From positions 74,660 through 138,659 of the forward strand of contig JAGNZZ010000003.1 in assembly GCA_017984135.1 (NCBI GenBank): 64,000 nt of DNA, given 5' to 3'. The notes under the pieces were generated by a model. The model had not been told where the DNA came from and ran no database searches. It saw nothing but the letters and a program-made list of their open reading frames with translations. A program made the position numbers and the translations under genes. This stretch comes from Chitinophagales bacterium. Its GTDB lineage: Bacteria > Bacteroidota > Bacteroidia > Chitinophagales > JADIYW01. Positions 48,081-56,241 of the stretch are shown here, in pieces (position 1 is the stretch's first letter; each line of letters opens with the position of its first letter).

Positions 48081-49373
48081 ATGCAAATCCGATACTATCT
48101 ATTTTTAATTTTAAGTTTATTTTTTTGTGCGAATACATCTGCATTGAACCTAAAAAAAAATAAAAAAAATGAGCTTAAAACGAGCAGTCATAGATTTCCT
48201 CCACCATACATTATTGTTAAAGACACGAGTATAGTAAATAACACACTCGACATACATGATGATACTATTTTTACGACACAATATGAATTAAAGAAAGTAG
48301 CAATATCGAATGAATTAGTTCCAGATACGATTTGGCAAAACCCAAATGTCATTTCCATTCATTATGATACAATTAAACACTACGATTATACATCGAAGGA
48401 TCCGGCATACACCTATACTGGAAAAATGAAATTAGCAAAACCATTTTCCTTTTTTAGAAATTCTGAAACATTAAACAAGCCTCGTGTTGGTTTAGTAACT
48501 GGTATGGTTGGAGGATTATATGCGGCTGCCAATGCGTGGTGGAGCGCCGCTTGGTATTCACAATCTGAGCGTGAAAAATTTCATTTATTTAATGATTGGG
48601 GCGAATGGAATCAGATGGATAAATTGGGTCATGCATACAGTTGTTATTTCGAATCAAAATGGCACTATGACTTGTATAAATGGGCTGGCGTGAAAGAGAA
48701 AAATGCCATTTGGATGGGAATGCTATTGGGCAATTTGTGGCAATTATCCATAGAAATAAATGATGGATTTCAAAAAAAATGGGGATTTTCTTGGGGCGAT
48801 ATCGTGATGAATGTAGGTGGAAGTTTACTGTTTGGAGTGCAACAATATTTATGGCACGATCAAAAAATAAATATGAAAATGTCCGTTTTCCCAGTAAATT
48901 ACAACAAGTACAATGACCCAATGGTGAAAGCACGTGCTGAAAAACTATATGGCACCTCTTTTACTGAGACACTTTTAAAAGATTACAATGGCATTACTTT
49001 TTGGTGGAGTGTAAGTCCAGGCGCATTTATTAAAAATCCAAAATCAAAATTTCCAAAATGCTTACAGGTTTCCTTTGGCTATGGAACTTCAGGCATGCTA
49101 GGCGGTTACAAAAATATTTGGGATAAAAATAATCTAAGCAGTGATGATTTAGAAAATGTAGATCCAGCGGATATTGTAGATAGAAGCGATATTCAACGTA
49201 TGCATCGTTTTTATTTTTCATTTGATATCGACTGGACAAAATTGCCGGTAAAAAAACATTGGGCAAAAGGCTTGATGAAAGTATTAAACATTATAAAACT
49301 TCCGGCTCCAGCCATCGAATTTAATAATAACAAAAACGGCAGTAAAGTGGCTTGGCATTGGCTAAAATTTTAA
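48081..49373 (+). CDS. Hypothetical envelope protein, possibly DUF2279-like
   Basis: Signal peptide (SLFFCANTSA). The block FNDWGEWNQMDKLGHAYSCYFES resembles the DK..H core of DUF2279/YfiM proteins. This is a weak assignment. Confidence 0.4.
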   Translation: MQIRYYLFLILSLFFCANTSALNLKKNKKNELKTSSHRFPPPYIIVKDTSIVNNTLDIHDDTIFTTQYELKKVAISNELVPDTIWQNPNVISIHYDTIKHYDYTSKDPAYTYTGKMKLAKPFSFFRNSETLNKPRVGLVTGMVGGLYAAANAWWSAAWYSQSEREKFHLFNDWGEWNQMDKLGHAYSCYFESKWHYDLYKWAGVKEKNAIWMGMLLGNLWQLSIEINDGFQKKWGFSWGDIVMNVGGSLLFGVQQYLWHDQKINMKMSVFPVNYNKYNDPMVKARAEKLYGTSFTETLLKDYNGITFWWSVSPGAFIKNPKSKFPKCLQVSFGYGTSGMLGGYKNIWDKNNLSSDDLENVDPADIVDRSDIQRMHRFYFSFDIDWTKLPVKKHWAKGLMKVLNIIKLPAPAIEFNNNKNGSKVAWHWLKF

Positions 49374-49447
49374 ATTCATCGGCGAACATTGTGTAGATAA
49401 TTTTGTTTTATAGTTACTTATTTTCTCAAAATTTAAAATTCAATTTT

Positions 49448-49894
49448 ATGTTAAAACAACCATTAATTGCCATTTTTGAACGCGATTTAAACAAATTAAT
49501 TGAAGAAATAAATGCCTATAATCAGGAGCAAAACTTATGGAAAACAGAAGCATCTATTACTAATTCTGCCGGAAATTTATGTCTGCATTTAATAGGAAAT
49601 TTAAATCACTTTATTGGTGCAGTACTTGGAAATTCAGGTTATGTACGAGAACGTAATAAAGAATTTTCAGAGAAAAATGTTCCACGAGAAAAAATAATTG
49701 CCCATATTCACGAAGTCAATATGCTTGTAAAAAAAGTGCTGAGTGATGCTACTGAAGAAACATTAAGCGCACCATTTCCAGAAAAGAAACAAGGTCAAGA
49801 TTATCCTACTAATTTCATTTTAATACATCTCTTAGCGCACTTAGAATATCATCTTGGGCAAATCAATTATCACCGACGTTTATTGGATAAATAA
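49448..49894 (+). CDS. DinB-superfamily (DUF1572-like) protein
   Basis: Start moved to the first ATG (Met16). Blocks NLCLHLIGNLNHFIGAVLGNSGYVRERNKEF and C-terminal HLAHLEYHLGQI (a His-rich metal triad pattern). Confidence 0.7.
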   Translation: MLKQPLIAIFERDLNKLIEEINAYNQEQNLWKTEASITNSAGNLCLHLIGNLNHFIGAVLGNSGYVRERNKEFSEKNVPREKIIAHIHEVNMLVKKVLSDATEETLSAPFPEKKQGQDYPTNFILIHLLAHLEYHLGQINYHRRLLDK

Positions 49895-49930
49895 AAAAAA
49901 CCGGCAGACGAAGATCGCCTGCCGATTTTA
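49893..49930. terminator. Bidirectional terminator between the DinB-like gene and the PiT gene
   Basis: An A8 run, an imperfect GC-rich hairpin GGCAGACG...CGCCTGCC (49903-49924), then a T-run. Confidence 0.55.
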
Positions 49931-49950
49931 AAATATAATTCATTCAACTT

Positions 49951-51618
49951 TTATTTCGCAAAAAACTGAACGACGAAATACGTTATTGCTGCCAATAAGG
50001 CACTGATAGGAATGGTTAAAATCCATGCCCACAATAAATTAATGGTTACGCCCCAACGTACTGCACTTAATCTTTTTGTTGCTCCAACTCCAATAATAGC
50101 ACCTGTTATGGTATGCGTAGTAGAAACCGGAATCCCCATTTGTTCTGTTAAAAATAAAGTAGTTGCACCTGCCGTTTCTGCACACACACCTTCTAACGGA
50201 GTTACTTTGGTTATTTTTGTACCCATTGTTTTTACAATCTTCCAGCCTCCACTTAAAGTACCTAAACTGATGGCCACATAGCACGATAACGGCACCCAAT
50301 CCGGCATGGCTTTTAAGTCCACGATATTTCCATTTGCCATTAAAGCGGCAGCTATAATTCCCATTACTTTTTGGGCATCATTACCACCATGCCCCACGCT
50401 GAATGCCGCAGATGAGAGTAATTGCATTTTCTTAAAATTATTGGCTGTGCGTTGAGCACTTGGCTCTCTAATTATTTCTGTATAAACAAAGGAGCCAATC
50501 AAAATCAACAACATTATAATCAAACTATAACGAATTACTTTATTGTCACCTTTTTCAATTTCTTTTTTCAAATCTTTTTTAATGTCCACACGTACTACTT
50601 GGTCAAATTCTGCTATTTTACTAGGTTGTACGGGCACTTTGGCAAGCATTACCTGCACCAAGCTATCATATCCTAATGTTTTATGTTGCTTGATAATTGG
50701 CTTTAAAGAATCGATAGCTGCTTTGGCAATATAGTATGCTTGTTTGTGTTTATTATCTTTTTTAGATAAAACTTCTAGCTGTTTAACTTTATAAAATAGC
50801 TTGATATTATCTTCAATTCGAGAAGCCGTAACTGCTTCCATATCTGTATTGTTTACAATTTCATTAGCCACAAATTCGGATCCTTTGGCTTCATAAAATT
50901 TTACATATTTAAACGCATCGTGTGATTTTTTATAGGCATCTGCATATTTCTTTTCATTCTCAGATTTTTCTGCTACTTTATCTAAATTATCAATTGCTTT
51001 TTCATACGTCATTACCTTAAAAAACTTTTCTAAATTTTTGTCTATCTTTTTTTCTTGAAAATGGATAAAGGTAAACCAAATAATAATACACGTAAACAAG
51101 AGCACCGTACATTTCAGCCATGTGGTGCGTTGCATCATAATTAAAGTATAAAAAGTGGAAATAAACATTCCTATTATGGGCGCCAGGAAAATGAACATAA
51201 TAATTTTCAGGACACTTGCACTGTCAATAATTAAATGCAATGGAATGATGCCTTTTTGCATAAACGCGTGCGTGACTGCCGCGCCGGCAAAGCCTCCAAT
51301 TAAAGTATGCGAAGAAGATGATGGAATACCATACCACCACGTTAATAAGTTCCAAATTATAGCAGCAATTAAGCCTGAAAAAATAACAGGAAGCGTAATG
51401 AAATTTTCGTTTACGGTTTTTCCAATGGTATTCGCTACAGCATGATCTTTAAAAATTAAAAATGCAATGAAATTAAAAAATGCTGCCCACACAACAGCTT
51501 GGAAAGGCGTTAGCACTTTTGTGGAAACAATGGTAGCAATGGAGTTTGCTGCATCGTGAAAACCATTGATATAATCGAATACTAATGCTAGTATGATGAT
51601 AATAATTACAAATTCCAT
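49951..51618 (-). CDS. pit: PiT-family inorganic phosphate transporter with a large central soluble insertion
   Basis: Both PiT signature halves are present (GFHDAANSIAT near the N-terminus, GHGGNDAQKVMG in the C-terminal half). About 175 charged, helical residues lie between them. Confidence 0.88.
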   Translation of the reverse strand: MEFVIIIIILALVFDYINGFHDAANSIATIVSTKVLTPFQAVVWAAFFNFIAFLIFKDHAVANTIGKTVNENFITLPVIFSGLIAAIIWNLLTWWYGIPSSSSHTLIGGFAGAAVTHAFMQKGIIPLHLIIDSASVLKIIMFIFLAPIIGMFISTFYTLIMMQRTTWLKCTVLLFTCIIIWFTFIHFQEKKIDKNLEKFFKVMTYEKAIDNLDKVAEKSENEKKYADAYKKSHDAFKYVKFYEAKGSEFVANEIVNNTDMEAVTASRIEDNIKLFYKVKQLEVLSKKDNKHKQAYYIAKAAIDSLKPIIKQHKTLGYDSLVQVMLAKVPVQPSKIAEFDQVVRVDIKKDLKKEIEKGDNKVIRYSLIIMLLILIGSFVYTEIIREPSAQRTANNFKKMQLLSSAAFSVGHGGNDAQKVMGIIAAALMANGNIVDLKAMPDWVPLSCYVAISLGTLSGGWKIVKTMGTKITKVTPLEGVCAETAGATTLFLTEQMGIPVSTTHTITGAIIGVGATKRLSAVRWGVTINLLWAWILTIPISALLAAITYFVVQFFAK

Positions 51619-51702
51619 TTGATTAATTTATTGTTGTTTGTTATTCGTAAAAAGATAAGTTGTACTTCAATAAGCGTTAAAATACAGGCTCATTTTTACG
51701 GT

Positions 51703-52347
51703 TTAAGAATATTTAATCACTATCGATTCAATGACGTTTGATACATCTTGGCATTTGTCGGAAATTAATTCTAATTCTTCGTACAAATCTTTCATCACAA
51801 TAATGCGCACCGGATTATCTCTATTATTTCTAATTAATTCGCCCATTGCTTGGTTGTAAATTAAATCGACTTTAGATTCGTATCCATGCACTTTTATGCA
51901 AGCATCATTTACTTTGCTTAAATCTTTCATGTTGCGCAATTCGTAAATGGCAATTTTTAATTCTTTTACAGATTCGTTGTTTAATTCTGCAACTTTCAAA
52001 ATATAATCGTTAAACTCATAGAAATCATAATTTTTCATTTTGTTTCCTACTTCATCAATATAATCGACCACATCATCCATGGCAGCTGCTAATGCTAAAA
52101 TATCTTCTCTATCAAATGGCGTGATGAAATTTTTATTTAACTCCAAATAAATATTGTGCACAATATCATCGGCTTCATGCTCCAAACTACCAGTTTGTGC
52201 TAGCATTTCCATACGTTTTACGTCGGAAGTTTTCATGGCTTCTAAAAAGACTTCGCTAATTTTTACTGAGATATCAGCACATCTTTCAAATAAATTATGA
52301 AAAACTTTGTCTTTAGGTTGAAAAAATTTTAATAATGGAATAGACAT
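51703..52347 (-). CDS. DUF47-family (PhoU-like, TIGR00153-type) phosphate transport regulator
   Basis: 214 aa, all-helical, with blocks FDREDILALAAAMDDVVD and LISDKCQDV. It occupies the canonical position upstream of pit. Confidence 0.85.
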   Translation of the reverse strand: MSIPLLKFFQPKDKVFHNLFERCADISVKISEVFLEAMKTSDVKRMEMLAQTGSLEHEADDIVHNIYLELNKNFITPFDREDILALAAAMDDVVDYIDEVGNKMKNYDFYEFNDYILKVAELNNESVKELKIAIYELRNMKDLSKVNDACIKVHGYESKVDLIYNQAMGELIRNNRDNPVRIIVMKDLYEELELISDKCQDVSNVIESIVIKYS

Positions 52348-52381
52348 AATGTTTATTTTTTATTGTTATGTATTATTTTTT

Positions 52382-53644
52382 TTAAATGATGATTTGGACT
52401 TGTAGCCGCCACAAGCCACTTTTTATTTTTGTTGATTTATTGTCTGAAAACGTATAATCCGTTTGGATTTTTAAATTATGTTCAAAAAAGTATTTTGTAA
52501 AGGCAAATGTATAATCATTAATTTTATCAATATTTCCTGTTTTGCCTGTAAATGAATGATTGTATCGGAACCCAATTTCATAGTGTTTTTTAAATGTATA
52601 GCCAATGGATGTAAATAAAGAATGCCCTTTTCGATACAAATTAAGTGTATCATTTTTTACAGTTCTGAAAATATAATCCGTATTAATATTCACACCTTTC
52701 CATTTAAAATTTAAATCCGCAAACACAGAATGAATATTTTGTTGCAACGAATCTGCAATGCTATTTCCTCCTAATTGTCCATTTTGAAAAATAGCTTTGT
52801 TATTAAAATCATACGCCACACCAATTGCCAATTTAGGTTGGTCAATTTGTTTAAAGTCAACATAGTTATAGCTATTAAAATCACCTAATGGCAACCATTC
52901 TATGCGTGTCATATAATCAAAATGCTGAAAGCTGGCATTGGTATAACTTCTACCTTCACCAGTAGCAACCGAAAACATGGGTTTTACCAGCATTTTTTTC
53001 CCAAAATGACCATGCACTTGAATACCAAAATCTTTGTCGGAGCGAAAGAGTGAACTGGTTGGACTTCTTTCTATAAATTGTTGATTTTGTGCAGATGTTA
53101 AAGACTCACGATTGCCGGGCAAATTTGCTTGACCTATTTGCAAGGATACATATTTTACCGGTGTATATCTAATGTATGCATCCGTTAGCACTCGACCTTT
53201 TACCACTTCACGTGGCTCAAATGCCAATTGCAAATAAAAGAGTAATTTCTGATGAAAAAAAGTGGCTCTAGTTCTTAATCTTAATCGTTGTATTTGCGCA
53301 GATACGATTGGTTTACTTTTTTTTATAAATGTTTTGTTTACTTCAATTCTATCTTGATTAACAAAACCTAAATAAAAAGACATCGAAGAATCCGCATCCG
53401 TAACGGTTAAGCCATTGCCTAATTTAAAAGCTATGTTGGGTTTATTACTCCATCCGTTTTTATAGGTGAAACATAGCACTACACTCAGAAATAAGAGTTT
53501 AATAGATGATGTGTTTATATCAAATGGAAAAACGTTTGAGATGAATACGAACATGTGTTTTAAAATTGGCTTTAAGTTAGATATTTTATCTTCTAAAAGC
53601 AATTCACATAACTCGATGTAAGTTGTGTATAGCGCAAAATTCAT
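52382..53644 (-). CDS. Outer-membrane porin, probably phosphate-selective porin O/P-like
   Basis: Beta-strand periodicity, first gene of the porin-DUF47-PiT operon. The N-terminus is uncertain, because neither Met1 (53644) nor Met31 (53554) gives a clean signal peptide. Confidence 0.5.
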   Translation of the reverse strand: MNFALYTTYIELCELLLEDKISNLKPILKHMFVFISNVFPFDINTSSIKLLFLSVVLCFTYKNGWSNKPNIAFKLGNGLTVTDADSSMSFYLGFVNQDRIEVNKTFIKKSKPIVSAQIQRLRLRTRATFFHQKLLFYLQLAFEPREVVKGRVLTDAYIRYTPVKYVSLQIGQANLPGNRESLTSAQNQQFIERSPTSSLFRSDKDFGIQVHGHFGKKMLVKPMFSVATGEGRSYTNASFQHFDYMTRIEWLPLGDFNSYNYVDFKQIDQPKLAIGVAYDFNNKAIFQNGQLGGNSIADSLQQNIHSVFADLNFKWKGVNINTDYIFRTVKNDTLNLYRKGHSLFTSIGYTFKKHYEIGFRYNHSFTGKTGNIDKINDYTFAFTKYFFEHNLKIQTDYTFSDNKSTKIKSGLWRLQVQIII

Positions 53645-53814
53645 CCATGCAAAGTTCTATAAAATTGTGTGAGTTTCCACCATTCATCCTATTTTATAAT
53701 TACGCACATATAGGCATAAAATTATCATTATTGATGTTAACATTTTGAAAATCAAATATATACATATTATTTTCTGTACATTTAAGCATGAATATTCATA
53801 TAATATCAAAAATG

Positions 53815-53830
53815 TTCACTAAAAATTCAC
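53815..53830. promoter_or_regulatory. Direct TTCAC repeat with 11-bp phasing (candidate OmpR/PhoB-type site)
   Basis: TTCAC at 53815-53819 and again at 53826-53830, in the 298-bp divergent region between the phosphate operon and a secreted phosphoesterase gene. Confidence 0.25.
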
Positions 53831-53942
53831 ATAAATAAAATAAAAAATGCAAGAATATACAGGACTAAACCTGACTAAATTCAAATAAAAATCAATAGAA
53901 ATCACGAAAAATATATTTCTATCTTTATTTCGTAAAAAAAAC

Positions 53943-55244
53943 ATGATGCAACGTCGGGTTATTTATTTATTCTTCTTATATGCTGTTTCATGTGCAGTGG
54001 CTATTGCGCAGCAAACAAACATTCAAGAATTTAATTTGAACAAAAACGAAGCAGGATCTACATATAAATTTTCATTTGTACACATTTCTGATATTCATAT
54101 TGGAGAAGGTTTTAGCGACTATGGCACAACTGGTTATTATAATGATACTATGCCGACGATTGACACCAGCAAACCAGCCAAACGATTACAGTATGCCATT
54201 GAGTGGATCAATGCAAATGCTGTTGCTAAGAATATTAAATTCGTGGTAATATCAGGTGATTTAACCGGAAGTGCAGAAAAATCAGAATTTGAAAAATGCA
54301 AACAACTTTTAGATGAGTTGCAAGTGCCTTATGTGCCCATTATAGGCAATCATGATATTTGGTCCTATGTTCGCTACCAAGACGAAGCACCTTATGCCAA
54401 TGCCGATTCCGTTTGGAATGAAGTTTTTGAAAGCACCTATCAATTTAACAGTTCATTTTTTACAAATTGGAACAATGGAACAAGATTACAAAGAACCTAC
54501 AATCCAGAAACAGGCATTGAACATTATTTTCAAAATTTTTCGTTTGAATACGATGATTTTTTATTTTATGGGTTGGATTTTAATCCACGATACCATGTAA
54601 ATAAAGCTGAACCAGGCATTGGACCCGAAGCTCAATTAATGGATTGGAATGGTGGCACTTTTCGTTGGTTAAAAAATGAATTGGCAATTAATCCAAATAA
54701 GAAAAATAAAAATGTACTTTTCATCTCACATCATCCAGCAACGGACAATCTTTTATTTATTCTTTCTGGATTTGTTTTTGATTTTGAAGAATTTGGAAAA
54801 CTCATAAATATGCTAATGCCTTACAAACAAAACTTATCACTATGGCTTACTGGACATATTCATATTGATTATGATTATTGGCTTACCAATAGTGTGATGC
54901 AAGTGCGTGGCATGGCAGCAAATAAAGACAGCGATTCCGCTCATTTAGAAATTATTCATGTGTACGAAGTGCCTACTACGACTGACATAGAAACTAAAAA
55001 GCAAAAACAAACATTTACAATTTTTCCCAATCCAAGTAATGGAAAAATTATGATTTCAACTGCTGGTACGCCATTCAAAACGAGCTTAAATGTGTATGAT
55101 ATGGTAGGAAACAAAGTATATGCATCCAACATCCATCTTTCTACATCAAATGAAATAGACATTTCATTTTTACCAAAAGGTACTTATTTAATTCAATTTA
55201 TCAATCAAGAAGATAGCAAAACCATTCCAATTACCATACAATAA
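53943..55244 (+). CDS. Calcineurin-like metallophosphoesterase with a T9SS C-terminal sorting domain
   Basis: Signal peptide. Motifs SDIHIGEG, SGDLTG, GNHD, SHHP and GHIH. CTD: IFPNPSNGKIMIS...GTYLIQF. Confidence 0.8.
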   Translation: MMQRRVIYLFFLYAVSCAVAIAQQTNIQEFNLNKNEAGSTYKFSFVHISDIHIGEGFSDYGTTGYYNDTMPTIDTSKPAKRLQYAIEWINANAVAKNIKFVVISGDLTGSAEKSEFEKCKQLLDELQVPYVPIIGNHDIWSYVRYQDEAPYANADSVWNEVFESTYQFNSSFFTNWNNGTRLQRTYNPETGIEHYFQNFSFEYDDFLFYGLDFNPRYHVNKAEPGIGPEAQLMDWNGGTFRWLKNELAINPNKKNKNVLFISHHPATDNLLFILSGFVFDFEEFGKLINMLMPYKQNLSLWLTGHIHIDYDYWLTNSVMQVRGMAANKDSDSAHLEIIHVYEVPTTTDIETKKQKQTFTIFPNPSNGKIMISTAGTPFKTSLNVYDMVGNKVYASNIHLSTSNEIDISFLPKGTYLIQFINQEDSKTIPITIQ

Positions 55245-56177
55245 TTATTGCTTCAACCATTGCTCCATTGTTGCTTGTTCTACCAAAACACCATTAATTT
55301 TTTTCTCAACAATTCCATTATTTACAAAAAGAATAATGGGCAATTGAATTCCAGCAACCTGCATCCAATCATTTGGTCCTAAAAATAGATTATGTGGTAT
55401 AGTTTGTATTTGTGTTTCATTTACAAAATCAGCTTCTAATTGCTTATTACCATTTAAGGCAACATATATTGGTAGGCTTGGATTTTTTTTATTTATTACA
55501 TGTAACTTTTTTGCAGCTATACGACAATGCGAACAGGTTAAGCTTAAAAATGCGATAATGTGTTTCCCTTTATTCAAATCTATTTTTGGAGTTTCTTTTT
55601 GTTTGGAACTATACATTAATTCCAATGGCACTTTATAATTAACTGCTGATGTATCTATGGATGAATGTCGATTTGCATAAATAGGATTCACTAAAAAGCC
55701 GATTAGCATGCTTACAATGATCAATATTGGAAATAAATATTGTTTTAATTTTACAGACCAATATTCTCTTTCAAGTGCAAAATAAATCGTCCAACAAGAG
55801 ATAAACAATATCCCATTTTTTATAATGCCTTGCAATGGATTCATTTTAAATATTTCGCCGAAGCAGCCACAATTTCCGGTGTTACCATCTTGTGCTATTT
55901 TCACCATTAAATAGCTGGTAAATACACTTAAAATAAACGTTGCAAATTTTATTGTAAATTTTTTTAATGATATTTGGAATACGAAAAGCATGCCGATAAA
56001 AAATTCCATTCCAATCAACAAACGCGCCCAAATGGGTGCCATTTTCCATGATACCCAACCAACATCCACTAATTGATATTCGAATGGTTCGATTGGAAAT
56101 AATTTGGAGAAAGCAGAAATAATGAAAATGATTCCAATGGAAATACTTAATAAGATGGCAATCAGTTGTTTCATCAT
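55245..56177 (-). CDS. MauE/DoxX-like membrane domain fused to a thioredoxin-fold (CxxC) domain
   Basis: N-terminal 4-5 TM segments (FIISAFSKLFPIEPFEYQL..., CGCFGE). The C-terminal domain has LTCSHCRIAAKK and a Trx-like layout. Confidence 0.55.
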   Translation of the reverse strand: MMKQLIAILLSISIGIIFIISAFSKLFPIEPFEYQLVDVGWVSWKMAPIWARLLIGMEFFIGMLFVFQISLKKFTIKFATFILSVFTSYLMVKIAQDGNTGNCGCFGEIFKMNPLQGIIKNGILFISCWTIYFALEREYWSVKLKQYLFPILIIVSMLIGFLVNPIYANRHSSIDTSAVNYKVPLELMYSSKQKETPKIDLNKGKHIIAFLSLTCSHCRIAAKKLHVINKKNPSLPIYVALNGNKQLEADFVNETQIQTIPHNLFLGPNDWMQVAGIQLPIILFVNNGIVEKKINGVLVEQATMEQWLKQ

Positions 56178-56241
56178 TTAATTATGAAAAGTTATCGCAA
56201 AAGCCGGAATGAGATGAATACTTTTTGCTATTTGCAAAATA

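Noticed and set aside
48508-49266. Several 61-114-aa ORFs on both strands within the 430-aa envelope protein gene
   Set aside because: They are out-of-frame or antisense to the longest ORF, which has a signal peptide. No independent support exists.
50012-51445. Multiple 63-96-aa ORFs on both strands within the PiT gene
   Set aside because: The PiT frame is continuous and carries both family signatures. The others are shadows.
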